A stretch of DNA of 64,000 nt, from NCBI GenBank assembly GCA_964016885.1, contig OZ024745.1:104780001-104844000 (forward strand), in the 5' to 3' direction. The stretch is from Eledone cirrhosa (lineage: Eukaryota). The position numbers and the translations under genes were made by a program. Positions 27,036 to 40,513 of this stretch are shown one piece after another; position 1 is the first letter of the stretch, and every line of letters starts with the position of its first letter. Below the pieces are notes generated by a model, which was not told where the DNA came from, made no database searches, and saw nothing but the letters and a program-made list of their open reading frames with translations.

Positions 27036-28125
27036 TAACATAATATAGCAATTGTGTTATTGGCCACTTGTGCCGTAAAATTTTAATGCAAAAGAAAATT
27101 AGCAATATAATCTAAGATCACAGACTTCTATATATAAATTTGAGCGACTTCTGTTTGTCCGTCATATAATGTGTGTGTGTGTGTGTGTGTTTGTTTGTGT
27201 GAATGTATGTGTGCGTAAAAAGAAGGAAGGGGTTGGTGGAAAAAGTATAGCAAAACAGCAGTTGGCATTCTGTTTGCTACGCTGTGTGTGAGTGTATGTG
27301 TATGTATGTATGCGTGTGTTTGTGTAAATGTATGTGTGTGTGTTTGTGTGAATGTATGTCTGTGAGTGTGTATTTTTCTAAATGTGTCTGTGTTTGCACG
27401 TTTATATTTATATACTCATACATATAAATGTATGCATATGCACATACACATGCGCAGACACATATACATATATGCGTCAGTGTGTGGAAAAATATCCTAG
27501 TATAGTAAAAATGGGTTCTTAGTATAAAGTCATAATGCTGAGAAACCAAATCTTAATATTAAATTTCGGTTCTACAGCAAAGGTTACATTAATATCTTTC
27601 AGCCAAAAGGTAAATTACTAGATATTAAACAGAAGGGAATTAATTTGTCAGGATGGTGTGTTGTACATAACTTGAGAGCATCAGGTCATATAACTTGTAC
27701 TGTGACTCCATTCTAAGCTGTCATTGTTCACAGTGACCTCCTAAACCATAGCCTCTTAAGCTGATACAAGATTATTTCATGTAATCTGCTCTACTACTAC
27801 ATCAGTAAAAAACTGAAATTTCAGACACTCCCAAGGTCATTATCACAAGGTTCCAATTTCCGAATCTTCTCACTCTTCAGTAAGGCTTCATCAGGAGGTG
27901 GGGATTGAGGAAAACTGAGCCCCCCCCCACCTCCACCCTCAGTGGATGCTTTTGGATTTATTGTTCCAGATTGCTATGACTTTACCTCATGGATTAACAC
28001 AGTACATGTTCTGACATGAAGTGTGTTAACTCTAACTTATAAATTTTGTTAAGACCCAAGTCAGACCTGATCAAGCATGTATTTTTTTTTTCAGACCATC
28101 CTGTTTCTTTCCAGATATAGTTTAC

Positions 28126-28331
28126 TTAACCCTTTAGCATTTAAACTGGCCAGAATTCTCTCACCTCTTTCTCTTCAAACCAGCCCCCACCAGCCACTCA
28201 TACCGATGTTAAGGTTTTGTTCTCAAAATAAATAACATCAAAATCTCATACATTCGATATTATGTGAGATAAAGCATTTACCACAAAAATACAATAGTAT
28301 ATATAGAGTAATGTAAATACTAAAGAGTTAA
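28126..28331. mobile_element. TTAA-flanked piggyBac-type MITE
   Basis: ttaa-ccctttagcattta ... taaatactaaagag-ttaa. Confidence 0.8.
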
Positions 28332-28448
28332 GACGACATTATTCAATATAAATCTTGTGATTTGGTTGCTACTCCTTGCATGTCAAGTAATTTAAAAGAA
28401 GTTCCCCTGTAGGCTTGATTTGTGATGTGTTTGCCTTCCCCATGCATA

Positions 28449-29425
28449 TCTATATATATAAAACTGAGGATGTCTGTCTGTGTGAGTTTGAATCCCTAAA
28501 ACTCGAGAACCACCAAACTGACTCTTTTCAAACTTTACACATGTAATACTTGTTTCAGGGAGTGTTCTGAGCAAAAAAAAATTTCAAATTTTCAATGCCC
28601 TAGGGACCGCATCAGGTGATTTAGCGATCTCTCTCTATAATTCTTAGTCTTTCTCTTTTTAGATAGATACATACATATAACGTCGCACCCTTATAATATC
28701 TGTCTGTATGTCTGGCTGTCTGCATTACGTTACTTTGACAATTCCCTCTACGTCCAGAACGCGCCCTTATAATATCTGTCTGTATGTCTGGCTGTCTGCT
28801 GCCTCCGGTTATTCTGCCACCCTGGCTCAAGACAAATCTCACACTCATTCCCCAAACAGTTGGTAAGTGCACACAACTTCTTCATCACGTTTTAAGCCAC
28901 AGTGTTGCTTACTTACGTACCACCAGACCCTTACTTCTTTGCCAGCCGTGGTTGTGGCAATACTAAGCTTAGCTAAGGCGGTTATATATTTCACACAACA
29001 CTAAAAAAGAAAGCAGGTAACTATGTATTAGTCAATCTCTTCTTCATCCCGTGAGCAAAGAAAATCCAACTTTTAGTGGAGCGAGTGAAATCAAACTTTA
29101 CATATGTAATACTATACTTATGTTTCAGGGAGTGTTCTGATAAAAAAAAAATTTCAAATTTTCAATGCCCTAGGGAGCGCATTGGGCGATTTAGCGATCT
29201 CTCTCTATAATTCTTAGTCTTTCTCTTTTTAGATAGATACATACATATAACGTCGCACCCTTATAATATCTGTCTGTGTGTCTGGCTGTCTGTATCCAGC
29301 CATCAGAGTATTCGGTTTATTTTTTTTACATATTGTTGAGGCAGGCAGTTTTTCCACAGTTAGGTCTGTTGGTGGCCCGCGTTCCAAAATACCTTATCCC
29401 GTGCAATGCCGGGTACCACTGCTAG
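28449..29425 (+). mobile_element. Non-autonomous Helitron with internal duplication
   Basis: a|TC start, cccgtgcaatgccggg subterminal hairpin, CTAG|t end; ~28530-28720 is repeated at ~29095-29290. Confidence 0.8.
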
Positions 29426-30163
29426 TAAACAATATGACTAAAGTAAGATTATTTCAATGGAGAATTAAAATTTAATAGCAGACTTAGCTGACTAGAAAAA
29501 TAACAATGACAATAACAAGAAACTGTCAAATAATTCATATCTTTGAGGATTATCGGTTATGGTATAAGAAGCTACAAAAGCAAAGTTTGTTTCCCTGCTC
29601 AAGTTCTAGTAATGATGCATGAACATTAGTAGTAGTAATAGTAGTAGCTAATCAGACAATCAGGAACACTATAATGCACTTGTCATGGCTTCACATTCTC
29701 TTGCTTCTTAGTTTGACTCCACTGCACAACACCTTGGATAAGTCACTTCTGCTAAAAATGTGGGTTAATCAAAACTTTGAGAATGAAATGCAGAAACTTA
29801 CATAATGTGTGTGTGTGAGGGTACATGGCTTTGGGGTTAGAGTATTCGGCTCACAAGCATAAGGTCATGAGTTCGATTCCATGAGTTCTTCAGGAGAGAA
29901 GACTGTGTTGGTATGTACATGTGATACACATGGATGACGATCGATGGGTAAAGAAGTGTCAGCAAATGCTAGTGGAAGGAAGCCACAGTAGAGATAGACC
30001 AAGAAAGATATGGGCAAAGGTGATGAGAGTTGACTTTAAGATGCTGAGTCCCAGAGAAGAATTGATAAAGAAACACGGTGAGGGAGAGATACTGTTCTGA
30101 AAAGGACCCATCCAACCCATGCAAACTCGGAAAAAAGGTTGTAAAAACAATGATGATGATGAT

Positions 30164-30662
30164 TATATATATTATATATAAGTAGGGAAAAGCGGACGTA
30201 ATGATGATGATATCATCATCATCATCATCATTTCATTTTACGTCCGCTTATTCCCTGCTTGCAAGGGTGGGACTATATGTATATTATATATATATTATAT
30301 GTATATTATATATATATATATTATATATATATATTATATGTATATTATATATATATATATATATATTATATGTATATTATATATATATATATATATAAAC
30401 GGAAAAAATGAAACAAAATTTCATTTCTCACTCTTAGTACGGCTGTTACTTAAATATAAGTATGTATACGTACATACATATATGTATACAGACGTACAGT
30501 AGTATGTATATTTATATATATATATATATACATGCACACTTATATATATGTATGTATGGATTCACCGAACATTTATTATAATGCTCGGTGTGTTTGTAAA
30601 CAAACATCCCGAATTAATAAATGTTCGGTGAATCCATACGTACATATATATATGTGTGCATG

Positions 30663-30702
<40 letters not shown>

Positions 30703-31263
30703 CTACTGTACGTCTGTATACATATATGTATGTACGTGTACATACTTATATTTAAGTAACAGCCGAACTAAGAGTGAGAAATGAAATTTCGTTTCATTTT
30801 TTCCGTTTATCGTTTTCGGTACCCCGGCCGATTAACTCACTCGATATGCAAATTAGGCTGCTCAGCCGTTAATATGCATAAGGAAAGTATATACTTTCAG
30901 ACGTTCAACCATCTGGCAGGAAGGTATACGTTGCTGACGATAGCTAATAAGCTTGAAACTAGTACAGCGTTCCTTTGTCAGTGTTGAACAAATGAGCAAC
31001 GATGGTTGCTGGACACTACGGCTTAATTCGGGATGTTTGTTTACAAACACACCGAGCATTATAATAAATGTTCGGTGAATCCATACGTACATATATATAA
31101 GTGTGCATGTATATATATATATAAATATACATACTACTGTACGTCTGTATACATATATGTATGTACGTATACATACTTATATTTAAGTAACAGCCGTACT
31201 AAGAGTGAGAAATGAAATTTTGTTTCATTTTTTCCGTTTATATATATATATATATATATAATA

Positions 31264-31294
<31 letters not shown>

Positions 31295-31440
31295 ATATAC
31301 ATATAATATATATATATATATATATAATATACATATAATATATATATATAATATATATATATATAATATACATATAATATATATATAATATACATATAGT
31401 CCCACCCTTGCAAGCAGGGAATAAGCGGACGTAAAATGAA

Positions 31441-31472
<32 letters not shown>

Positions 31473-31517
31473 ATCATCATCATTACGTCCGCTTTTCCCT
31501 ACTTATATATAATATAT
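30164..31517. repeat. Nested inverted/direct repeat (arms 30164-30617 and 31023-31517; direct repeat 30615-30809 vs 31062-31240)
   Basis: The outer arms are reverse complements apart from microsatellite length; the direct-repeat offset is 447 nt. Confidence 0.92.
30928..30970 (+). ncRNA. Minimal type-I hammerhead ribozyme
   Basis: ACGUUG-CUGACGA-U AGCU AAUA AGCU U-GAAA-CUAG-UA/CAGCGU. Stem I has 6 bp, stem II is AGCU/AGCU, stem III is the palindrome ACUAGU; GUA cleavage after 30964. Confidence 0.8.
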
Positions 31518-31574
31518 ATATATATATACATACTACTGTATGTCTGTATACATATATGTATGTACGTAAACATA

Positions 31575-31665
<91 letters not shown>

Positions 31666-31843
31666 ATTTCCTTAATGCTGTATGGGAATCATTCCGTCAT
31701 TGCGCTAACAGAAGTCTGATGAGTTTTGGATTCCCAAATCGGTCCCGATCGATACAGATCGAATCTGTTTACCATGCATATACTCTATTTTCTCAAGTAT
31801 TGAGTATTTAGCTTAGCATCGTCTTACTAGTCTCACAATCTAT

Positions 31844-31886
<43 letters not shown>

Positions 31887-32559
31887 CATACACCCACATA
31901 TATACTAAAGTTGAAAAATATATTTCATGAAAAACAAGTAAATGTAAAGGAATTAAGGGATTCTTAGAGAATTGAAAGGCAAATGACAAAAATATTAAAT
32001 ATTCCTGGGTATTGATATTCCAAAAATATTTGATAGTTAAATCTATTTAGCACAACAAAATAGAAGCATAGAAGCTTGGCTATTTTTATAGAAAAATATA
32101 TGCACACAAATATTAAACTATCATGGTATAGCACACATATATGTTTTTGGTAATAGTAAGGGTAGCAAATCAACTTTTACATGCTTACTTTCATCAAAGA
32201 CGAATCCTTAAAGGAATATGAGTTAAAAAAAAAAATTGAAAATTTCTGGGAAATTGTAAAATGAAACGAAATGTGTTTTAGCAAAAAAAGAGATGCAGTT
32301 GTAAAGATTCTTTATTCAAATTTCAAAATTAGCCTTTAAAAAATCCTAAAAATAACTTGTGAAATGAGTCTAAAAAAATGCTTCTCATGTAAACAAGAAA
32401 ATAAGTCATGTGTAAAAGAGTTTTAAGAGAACTGAAAAGGAAATATACAAAAAAGTATTGATATTTGAAAATAACTTCTAGTTAGATTTGTGTAGCACAG
32501 CAAAATAGAATCTTGGAAATATATCTACACAAATATTAAAGTATACAGGCTTCACATGA

Positions 32560-33365
32560 ATGTTTGTTTTTCGTAATTGCAGGAGCATGGGCTCAATGGA
32601 CAGCTTTGTGTTGCCTTAAAGTGGCTATATGAATGTCCTAGTATTTGTGATTGGATAAATAGTGCTAAGTAGAAACCATTCAATGTTGGTGTCGGACTCC
32701 ACCAAGAGTGCATACTGTCACTTCTCCTATTAATAATCTTCATGAACAGGATTGATGTGCACAGTCAAATCGGAAGTAGTATCAAGACTGGTGGGTGTAG
32801 GATCAGTTGGCTTGAATTTGCAGACAACATGGTACTACGTAACTCGTCGGAAGGCGATCTCCGACATCCACTGGATTAGTTTGCTGCTTGATGGTAGGAA
32901 TGAAAATCAGTGCTGTGAAGACTGACACACTCAAGCAAATAGAGAAGTTCAAGTATCTCAAGGCTGTTTTAAAAAATGATGGAAGACAGGAGGCTGAATT
33001 AAGTGTAAGAATTGCTGGAGCTGGCACAGTAATGCAATTGCTTCAATACTCAATCATCAGAAGGAAGGTGTGGAAGCCAAATTTGCTATCTTCAGTTCAG
33101 TATTCATGCCGGCCTTAACATATGGTCATGAATTTCGGTCAATGACGGAAAGAATATGATCACAAATACAAGTGGCTAAAACGAGTTCCTCCAAAGGGTC
33201 TTTGGAGTAACATTACTTGATAAAGTGTGTTGCTTGGAGATCAGGGAATCACTGCAGATAGAGCTGCTATTTCTCAGAGTTGAGAGATCACAGCTCCGAT
33301 ACCACGGACATGTGGTTAGAATGTTTAAGGAAAGAATCACTGGAGAGATTTTATGAGCAAAACAA
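32560..33365 (+). mobile_element. Degenerate RTE-like LINE RT/3' region
   Basis: FNVGVGLHQECILSLLLLIIFMNRID, LKQIEKFKYLKAV...DGRQEAELSVRIAGA, PALTYGHEF; frameshifts. Confidence 0.75.
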
Positions 33366-34019
33366 CTGAACAAGCTTAGCTGGTCTCACACATATATAGG
33401 ACACAGCAATGAAACTATACAGTTCGGAGCATTTTTCTTGTTCCAACACTAAGCTGTTTATTCAATATTTAATGTATAGTGCTACTCTGGGCTGGTTGTA
33501 AATTTGTATTTACAGCTTGCGATTTTTGGAAATTCATTGAGTGGATGGTGGCAGGGCTAGATGTATTCTAAATGTATAGCTTGTTATACTTAATATATGG
33601 TGGGGGAGCTGGTTTAGTCACTGATTACTCGACCATGAAACAGATTGTACTGGGTTACATGGTACCAGTAGCAGGAAGAAGCCTGACCTGACCATTTCTG
33701 TTGTTCTTAAATAGCATCAGGTGGTTCAGAATTGGTGGGATACCTGAGTCACTCCTGGGTAGTTCTCCCCTTATTGGGGAATTTTATTATTGTAATTTTA
33801 TTGTTAATTTGTTTTCTCGATTTTATTGTAAAACCCCAGTGTCCCTGTCTTTTTGTATCGTCTTGTATATGTCGGCCCTAGTGGCCAATAAAGAAATTAT
33901 TATTATTATTGTTTACATGCAAAACAACCCAGACACCAATACACACACTCTATGTTTTCGTCCTGTACTGTCATAATGTTGTTCTTGATGTAAACTCTTT
34001 GTGGTTAATAAAGAAACCA

Positions 34020-34432
34020 ATCCTGCCGAGGTTAGCTTTGCCTTTCATTCTTATGGGGTCGATAAAATAAAGTACCAGTAATGCACTGGGATAATTGTTA
34101 GCCTTGTACCAAAAGTAGAAACATAGGGTGGTGGATTGGCAGTATCGGTAGAGGGTGGGACGCCATGCTTTCTAGCATAGTTACGTCCATTTACGGTTTG
34201 ACTTCAAATCCTGTCGAAGTTAACTTTGCCTTTCATCCTTATGGGGCCGATAAAATAAAGTACCAGTAATGTACTGGGTAATTTGCTGGCCTTGTGCCAA
34301 AAGTAGAAACAATTATTATTATTATTATAAAGGGCGGTGGATTGGCAGTATCGGTAGAGAGTCAGACACCATGTTTTGCAGCATAGAGTTACGGCCCTTT
34401 ACGGTATGAGTTCAAATCCCGTTGAGGTTAAC
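34020..34432 (+). mobile_element. Tandem family-B SINE copies
   Basis: Three consecutive partial or full copies of the SINE-B head, core and tail. Confidence 0.85.
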
Positions 34433-35679
34433 AGACTCATTCCATTATCGTGTAAGTGGTGGACTATTCCATTGATACTTGCACTCTTACTGCAATTTTA
34501 AGTCATGTACTGCATTACCTGGTATGTGACAAGGCTGAAACTTTGACTGAGAAGGAAAGTCTATTTGATAAGCTTTCACACAGTTTCTGTCTACCAGATT
34601 TTCTTCATATTTCTTGGATTGACTGAAGGCTTGGTAGTTGGATCACACCTCCTAGGTACCATGCAGTAGGATCAAAGCTTGTAAAGCAAAATTTGTAACT
34701 GCTCATTCATACACCTTTATTTTCAATTATTTTATCACGGAAAATGTCGATTTTTGTCTGATAACAAAAGTTAAGCAGCAGGAGGCACCACAAACACGCA
34801 GTCTCTTCCTCTTTCTCCCTCAATATCCATTTTATTTACATTATCTATATAGTTAGAAATTTCTGATAGATGACTTAGAAAATATATGAAACAAAAAATA
34901 GCATATTTATTGTGAGGCAAGAACAAAAGTGAGAAATTAAAATTACTAGAAATTTGTGAAGAAAATTATAAAATAAAATTTAAAAATAAAATGTTATAAT
35001 GAGAATTTGATGAAATGGAAAGAAAATATAGAAGAACCAATTCTCCAGCTTGTGCTGACATGATAAATTAGAAGTTTTATAGCCATTACATTTACATTGA
35101 GCTTGTAACATTTTTGATGTATTCTTTTTTTAAGATTACTTCAGATAATAGTATTTACTTGGATACAATCTGAAATCATTAACAGCTGACATAAAACTTA
35201 TGTAGTAACTTATTGGCCATTTTTAGTCCAGACAAAAAGTTATCTTCACCAAACTTTCTTGCTCTGGTGAATTTATTTGACAGCAAATTAAGACTTATTG
35301 TTAGTGTTTAGAGATTTCTGATTTAAAGTACATTTTTGCTATATACTGAGAAATATTCACATGCATATATATATTTGTGTCATCATCATCTTCATCATCG
35401 TCATTCTAATCGCCATTGTTGCTATCGTCATCATCATCATATGTCCATACTCTGGCATGAGCAGGACTGTAGGACTGGTTGTCATGGCCTGTGTCAGTTT
35501 ATATGTGGAGTTATTCCCTCTTAGAAAAGTCTAAGGATGATGCATCACTTGTATGTTCTATTTTTGCTATGTTTTCTTAGGTTGGATGCTCTTTCTGAGT
35601 CTACTCCCCACAGCTTATTGTATTCTTTCCAATGTCATCAGCCCTTGTGGCCAATAAAAAAATGTTTATTACAAATGGT

Positions 35680-35971
35680 GGTGTTAGAGCATTGGACAAA
35701 ATGTTTTGTGGTATTTAGTTATGGTCCTTTGCATTCTGAGTTGAAATCCAGCTGAGGTTAACTTTGCCTTTCATCCTTTCAACGTTGATAAAATAAAGTA
35801 CCAGTCATGCACTGGGTTGAGTTAATCAGCTTCCCTTCTTAAGAATTGTTGGCTTTGTGCTTTAATCAGAAATCATTTTTATTATTAAAATAAAATTAGA
35901 ATTTTATTTCTCACCCTAGCACAGCTGATACATAAATGTAAGTATGCACATGTACACACACACATATATAT

Positions 35972-36038
<67 letters not shown>

Positions 36039-36680
36039 CATACACACACATATATACATATGTACGATGGGTTATATCGAACATTAATAATTGTTTCTAC
36101 TTTAGGCACAAGGCCAGCAATTACCCAGTGCATTACTGGTACTTTATTTTATCGACCCCATAAGGATGAAAGGCAAAGGTAACCTCGGCGGGATTTGAAC
36201 TCAGATCGTAAAGGGACGTAACTATGCTGGAAAACATGGCGTCCGACCCTCTACCGATACTGCCAAAATGTCCGATTCGTTTGTAAACAAATAGCTTGAT
36301 TTGAAGCTATTTTGTCCCGTTACATTTTGAGTTCAAATAATGTCGAGGTTAGCTTTGCCATTCATCCTTACGGGGCCGATAAAATAAAGCACTAGTAATG
36401 CATTGCAGTCAACTTAATTGACTTTCCCCTCCCTACAAATTGCTGGCCTTGTGCCTAAAGTAGAGACAATTATTAATATTAGTCTCAGGGCAGTGGATTT
36501 GCAGTATTGGTTGAGTGTCAGGTGTCATGATTCGTGGCATAGAGTTATGGCCCTTTACATTCTGAGTTCAGATACTGTTGAGGTTAGCTATGCCTTTCAT
36601 CCTTACAGAGTCAATTTAATCGACTTTCCCCTTCTTCCTAAGTTGTTGACCTTGTGTCTAAATCAGAAACCAATATTAGT
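35680..36680. mobile_element. Cluster of family-B SINEs on both strands (full copy 36085-36266 -)
   Basis: SINE-B core ctttcatcct..ggggtcgataaa and tail. Confidence 0.8.
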
Positions 36681-36861
36681 CTTATTTTTAATGTGACGTC
36701 ACTGCACAGCTCTGTGTGCCTTGAGTATGTGCTGTTTTGTATTTATTGCTTCTGTTGTATTGAGAATACTTTTTGTAATATGTATGCAGTGTCTAGGACT
36801 GTTATTTTCTGTATGCTGTATATATTTGTAAGTCTTGGGGTTTTGGTTATATATCTGCCTG

Positions 36862-37080
36862 TTTTTTTTTATCATTTTTTAAAATTATTTTTATCATTTT
36901 TTTAATCATTTTTAATCATTTTTTTAATCATTTTTTATCATTTTTTTAATCATTTTTTTATCATTGTTTATCATTTTTTTATCATTTTTTAAATCATTTT
37001 TATCATTTTTATCATTTTTTAATCTAATTTTTATCATTTTTATCATTTTTTAATCTAATTTTTATCATTTTTTTTTTTTA
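36862..37080. repeat. (ATCATTTTTT)n-type minisatellite
   Basis: Direct inspection. Confidence 0.9.
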
Positions 37081-37339
37081 CCGTTATAGGGATTGTATCT
37101 GTTTTCATCATCCACATCCAGGTTATTTCTATCTTCAGATCTTTGTACTGTGTATTTGCTTTTTGCACAAAGATTTGTTCATGAATGCGGTGCGTAAAGC
37201 AAATTCACATAATTAAGGTTGCGTATTTCTGATAAATAAAAAAATTAAAAACGACACGTGTTATAGCACGTTATTCGAGCATAGTGAATATTTTTTCAAG
37301 ACGTGTCAAAGCGAATTCGCGTACTTCAAGTTTTTGTAA

Positions 37340-37905
37340 AAGGTGAACAGACTGTATGTGGATAATTTCTCCATTTCCTTCATAGATACATAATTTAAAA
37401 GACAGGGTTTTCTTTGTGGTCTTTGATTATAATATCTGATTGGTTGGCTTTGATATCCCTGCCTTTGTGTATTGGCATATCCCAGAGGTGGTTGATTTGT
37501 TATTCTCTGTCACCTTTTCTGGTGTGTGCCTGTACTACATTTTTTTTTCTGTTGGTATTTCATAGTGTTTGGATAACTTCCAGTGTATGTAAATCATATC
37601 ATGTCTGTGGATATATCCTTTTTTGGCTAAGATTGAGTAGCCAGAGACAATGTGATTAATTGTTTCTTCCTCGCTGTCACATATTCTGCTTTTACTTTCT
37701 GTGTTCTACTTCATTATGTATTTTTGGTAGTTTCTTATGGGGGAAGCTTTGATCTTTTGCTGTAGATAGAAATCCTTCAGCCTTGGCTTTTATTCCAGTG
37801 TTTCGAAGCCAGTTTGTAGGATTGTGTTCATATACTATATCTTATTTCTAGCGTTGAGTTAAGTTTCTTTAATGCTAGTCTGATTCTTCTGTAGTTTTAT
37901 TATCT
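37340..37905 (-). mobile_element. R4/Dong-clade non-LTR retrotransposon relic (CCHC zinc knuckle + RLE)
   Basis: Manual translation: AEGFLSTAKDQSFPIRNYQKYI, SRICDSEEETINHIVSGYSILAK, YIHRHD..IHWKL, HTPEKVTENN, LWDMPIH..DIKANQSDIII. Confidence 0.75.
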
Positions 37906-37907
37906 AA

Positions 37908-38098
37908 CTAGCCGAATTACCCGTGCCTTGCTGTATTTCACACATTTATTTTTATTAAAATGAAATATACTTATCCAAGTACTCTGGGCAATGTAGTTTC
38001 AGAATATATATGGTTATGGGGGGTCTATCTCCAAAACCATAGGAGGAGTTAGTGAACAAACAAACAAACAGACAGGAATACAACTTTATATATATAGA
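37908..38098 (-). mobile_element. Short non-autonomous Helitron-like element
   Basis: Minus strand a|TCTATATATATAAAG ... CTAG|t with (TGTT/TGTC)n, the same ends as the other Helitrons. Confidence 0.6.
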
Positions 38099-38795
38099 TT
38101 TTCTCCTTCATTCAATGTGTTGTATTTTATCAGTTTCATTTGTCCTTGAGTATATGAATAGTTGGTTCTGTTTTAATTCACGGATTTTAGTGCCGGGATA
38201 TAATTTGTTTTCTAGAGGTTTCCTGGTGTTACTGTTTCTGTAACAATTATTTTTGTTTTGTTGCTGTTGTACCTATTATTGCTTTTTTTTGCTGATGTTA
38301 TTGTTGTTTATTTTGAGTGACTTATGCATCACCTTCACCACATTCTTTCCTAAGTATGAAGGGATAAGGAAAAATTCCTCATTCTCCAGATTGGCAATAG
38401 AGTGCTGCTACCTTATGAGGTTTCATACCTTATGAAATTAATCTTTTTTTGCTTTCTGGGGCATTTTTTTTGCCTGTGCATGCATGATTTTTTTTTCTTT
38501 TTATCTTATCTGCCATCAGCTTTTCACACCTGTAGATATGTGACACCATGTTTCTAGATTTTCCAATACCATCCTTGATATGAAAAAAAAAGCTCTTCTG
38601 CTTTGCCTTTACACAATTTTTGAAAAAACTTTCTGAATGCCTTTTTATCCACTTTTATTATGTCTGAAAATCTGGCAGCCCTACTGGATTTTGACATTAC
38701 ACTAATATTGCGCACTTATGTGGTACTGTTGGTGATAATGTTGCTGTTTGTTGTAGCAACAGAGAGTAATCTCAGCTATATATATATCTATCTAT

Positions 38796-39221
38796 CTAGG
38801 GCGGGTAAAATTCCCGAGATCCATGGACGAGTTCTCTCCAGCGGTCTCTGTCCCTCATTATTACTGCCATGTCCTGCGTCTCCAACAGACCAGTGTCTGT
38901 CCTTAGGGCATCAACATACGTTAACCTTGGTCTTCCTCTTCCAGTGTGTCCATGTAGGGGCTCCCACAGAAGCACTGAGTGCAATGTCAACTGTGGATGT
39001 CGGTGAGCATGTCCAACTAACCTCAGTCTCCTCTGTGTCACTTTTGAGCTGACTTTTGGAAGTCGGACCTTCGTAAAGACCTGAAAATCCTCCTCTTCAT
39101 TGCTGTAGTGGACTCTGTGGTGCTGTACGGGTCTGAGATTTGGACACTGACCAAGAAACTCACTCAGATGGTAGATGGGTGCTACACAAGAATGCTGAGG
39201 ATGGCTCTGAACATTAATCAG

Positions 39222-39225
<4 letters not shown>
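38796..39225. mobile_element. RTE-clade LINE copy with 5' inversion (3' end 38796-39059 -, inverted segment 39058-39225 +)
   Basis: Same family as 13399-14270. PKVSSK...REFYPP* on the minus strand; WKSDLRKDLKI...MALNINQY on the plus strand; both ends in (TA)n. Confidence 0.88.
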
Positions 39226-39258
<33 letters not shown>

Positions 39259-39569
39259 TAACAAGCTGTCCATTTGACATGCATGCACTTTTTTCTCTCT
39301 CTTTTTAAGCATTATACTAATATACTGTTATTGTAATGTATTGTTCCTTGGTGCAGTTCAATGATTTTTATTGACTTGTGTGTGTATGTATATATATATA
39401 TATATATAATGTATATATAAATATATAATGTAATCATCATCATCATCATCATCATCATCACCGTTTAACGTCTATCTTCCACACTAGCATGGATTTAGAC
39501 AGGAATTGTCCCACTTGAGGCAAGATTGGTCGAATGACCGTGTCTCGCTCGTAAAGGACTATCTGGCAT

Positions 39570-39603
39570 AATGTACATATATATATATATATAATGTATA
39601 TAA

Positions 39604-39645
<42 letters not shown>

Positions 39646-39921
39646 GTATATATATATATATATAATGTATATATATATATATATAATGTATATATATATA
39701 TATATAATGTATATATATATATATATAATGTATATATATATATAAATAATGTATATATATATATAATGTATATATATATATCATGTATATATATATATAA
39801 TGTATATAATGTACATATATATATATATACAATGTATATAATGTACATATATATATATATATACAATGTATATAATGTACATATATATATATATATAATG
39901 TATATATAGTATATATATATA

Positions 39922-39972
<51 letters not shown>

Positions 39973-40055
39973 TATAATGTATATATATATATATATACAA
40001 TGTATATATATATATATACATTGTATATATATATATACAATGTATATATATATAG

Positions 40056-40099
<44 letters not shown>

Positions 40100-40234
40100 T
40101 ATATAATGTATGTATATATATATAGTATATATATATATATATATATATATATAATGTATGTATATATATATAGTATATATATATATATATATATATAATG
40201 TATGTATATATATATAGTATGTATATATATATAG

Positions 40235-40270
<36 letters not shown>

Positions 40271-40299
40271 AATATATATATATAATGTATATATATACA

Positions 40300-40362
<63 letters not shown>

Positions 40363-40387
40363 TATATATATAATGTATATATATACA

Positions 40388-40438
<51 letters not shown>

Positions 40439-40460
40439 TATATATAATGTATATATATAA

Positions 40461-40513
<53 letters not shown>

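Noticed and set aside
27855-27895. Two CUGANGA boxes on the minus strand
   Set aside because: No convincing stems I-III.
37290-37330. caagacg...cgaattcgcgta resembling a decayed HHR
   Set aside because: Too many core mismatches to support.
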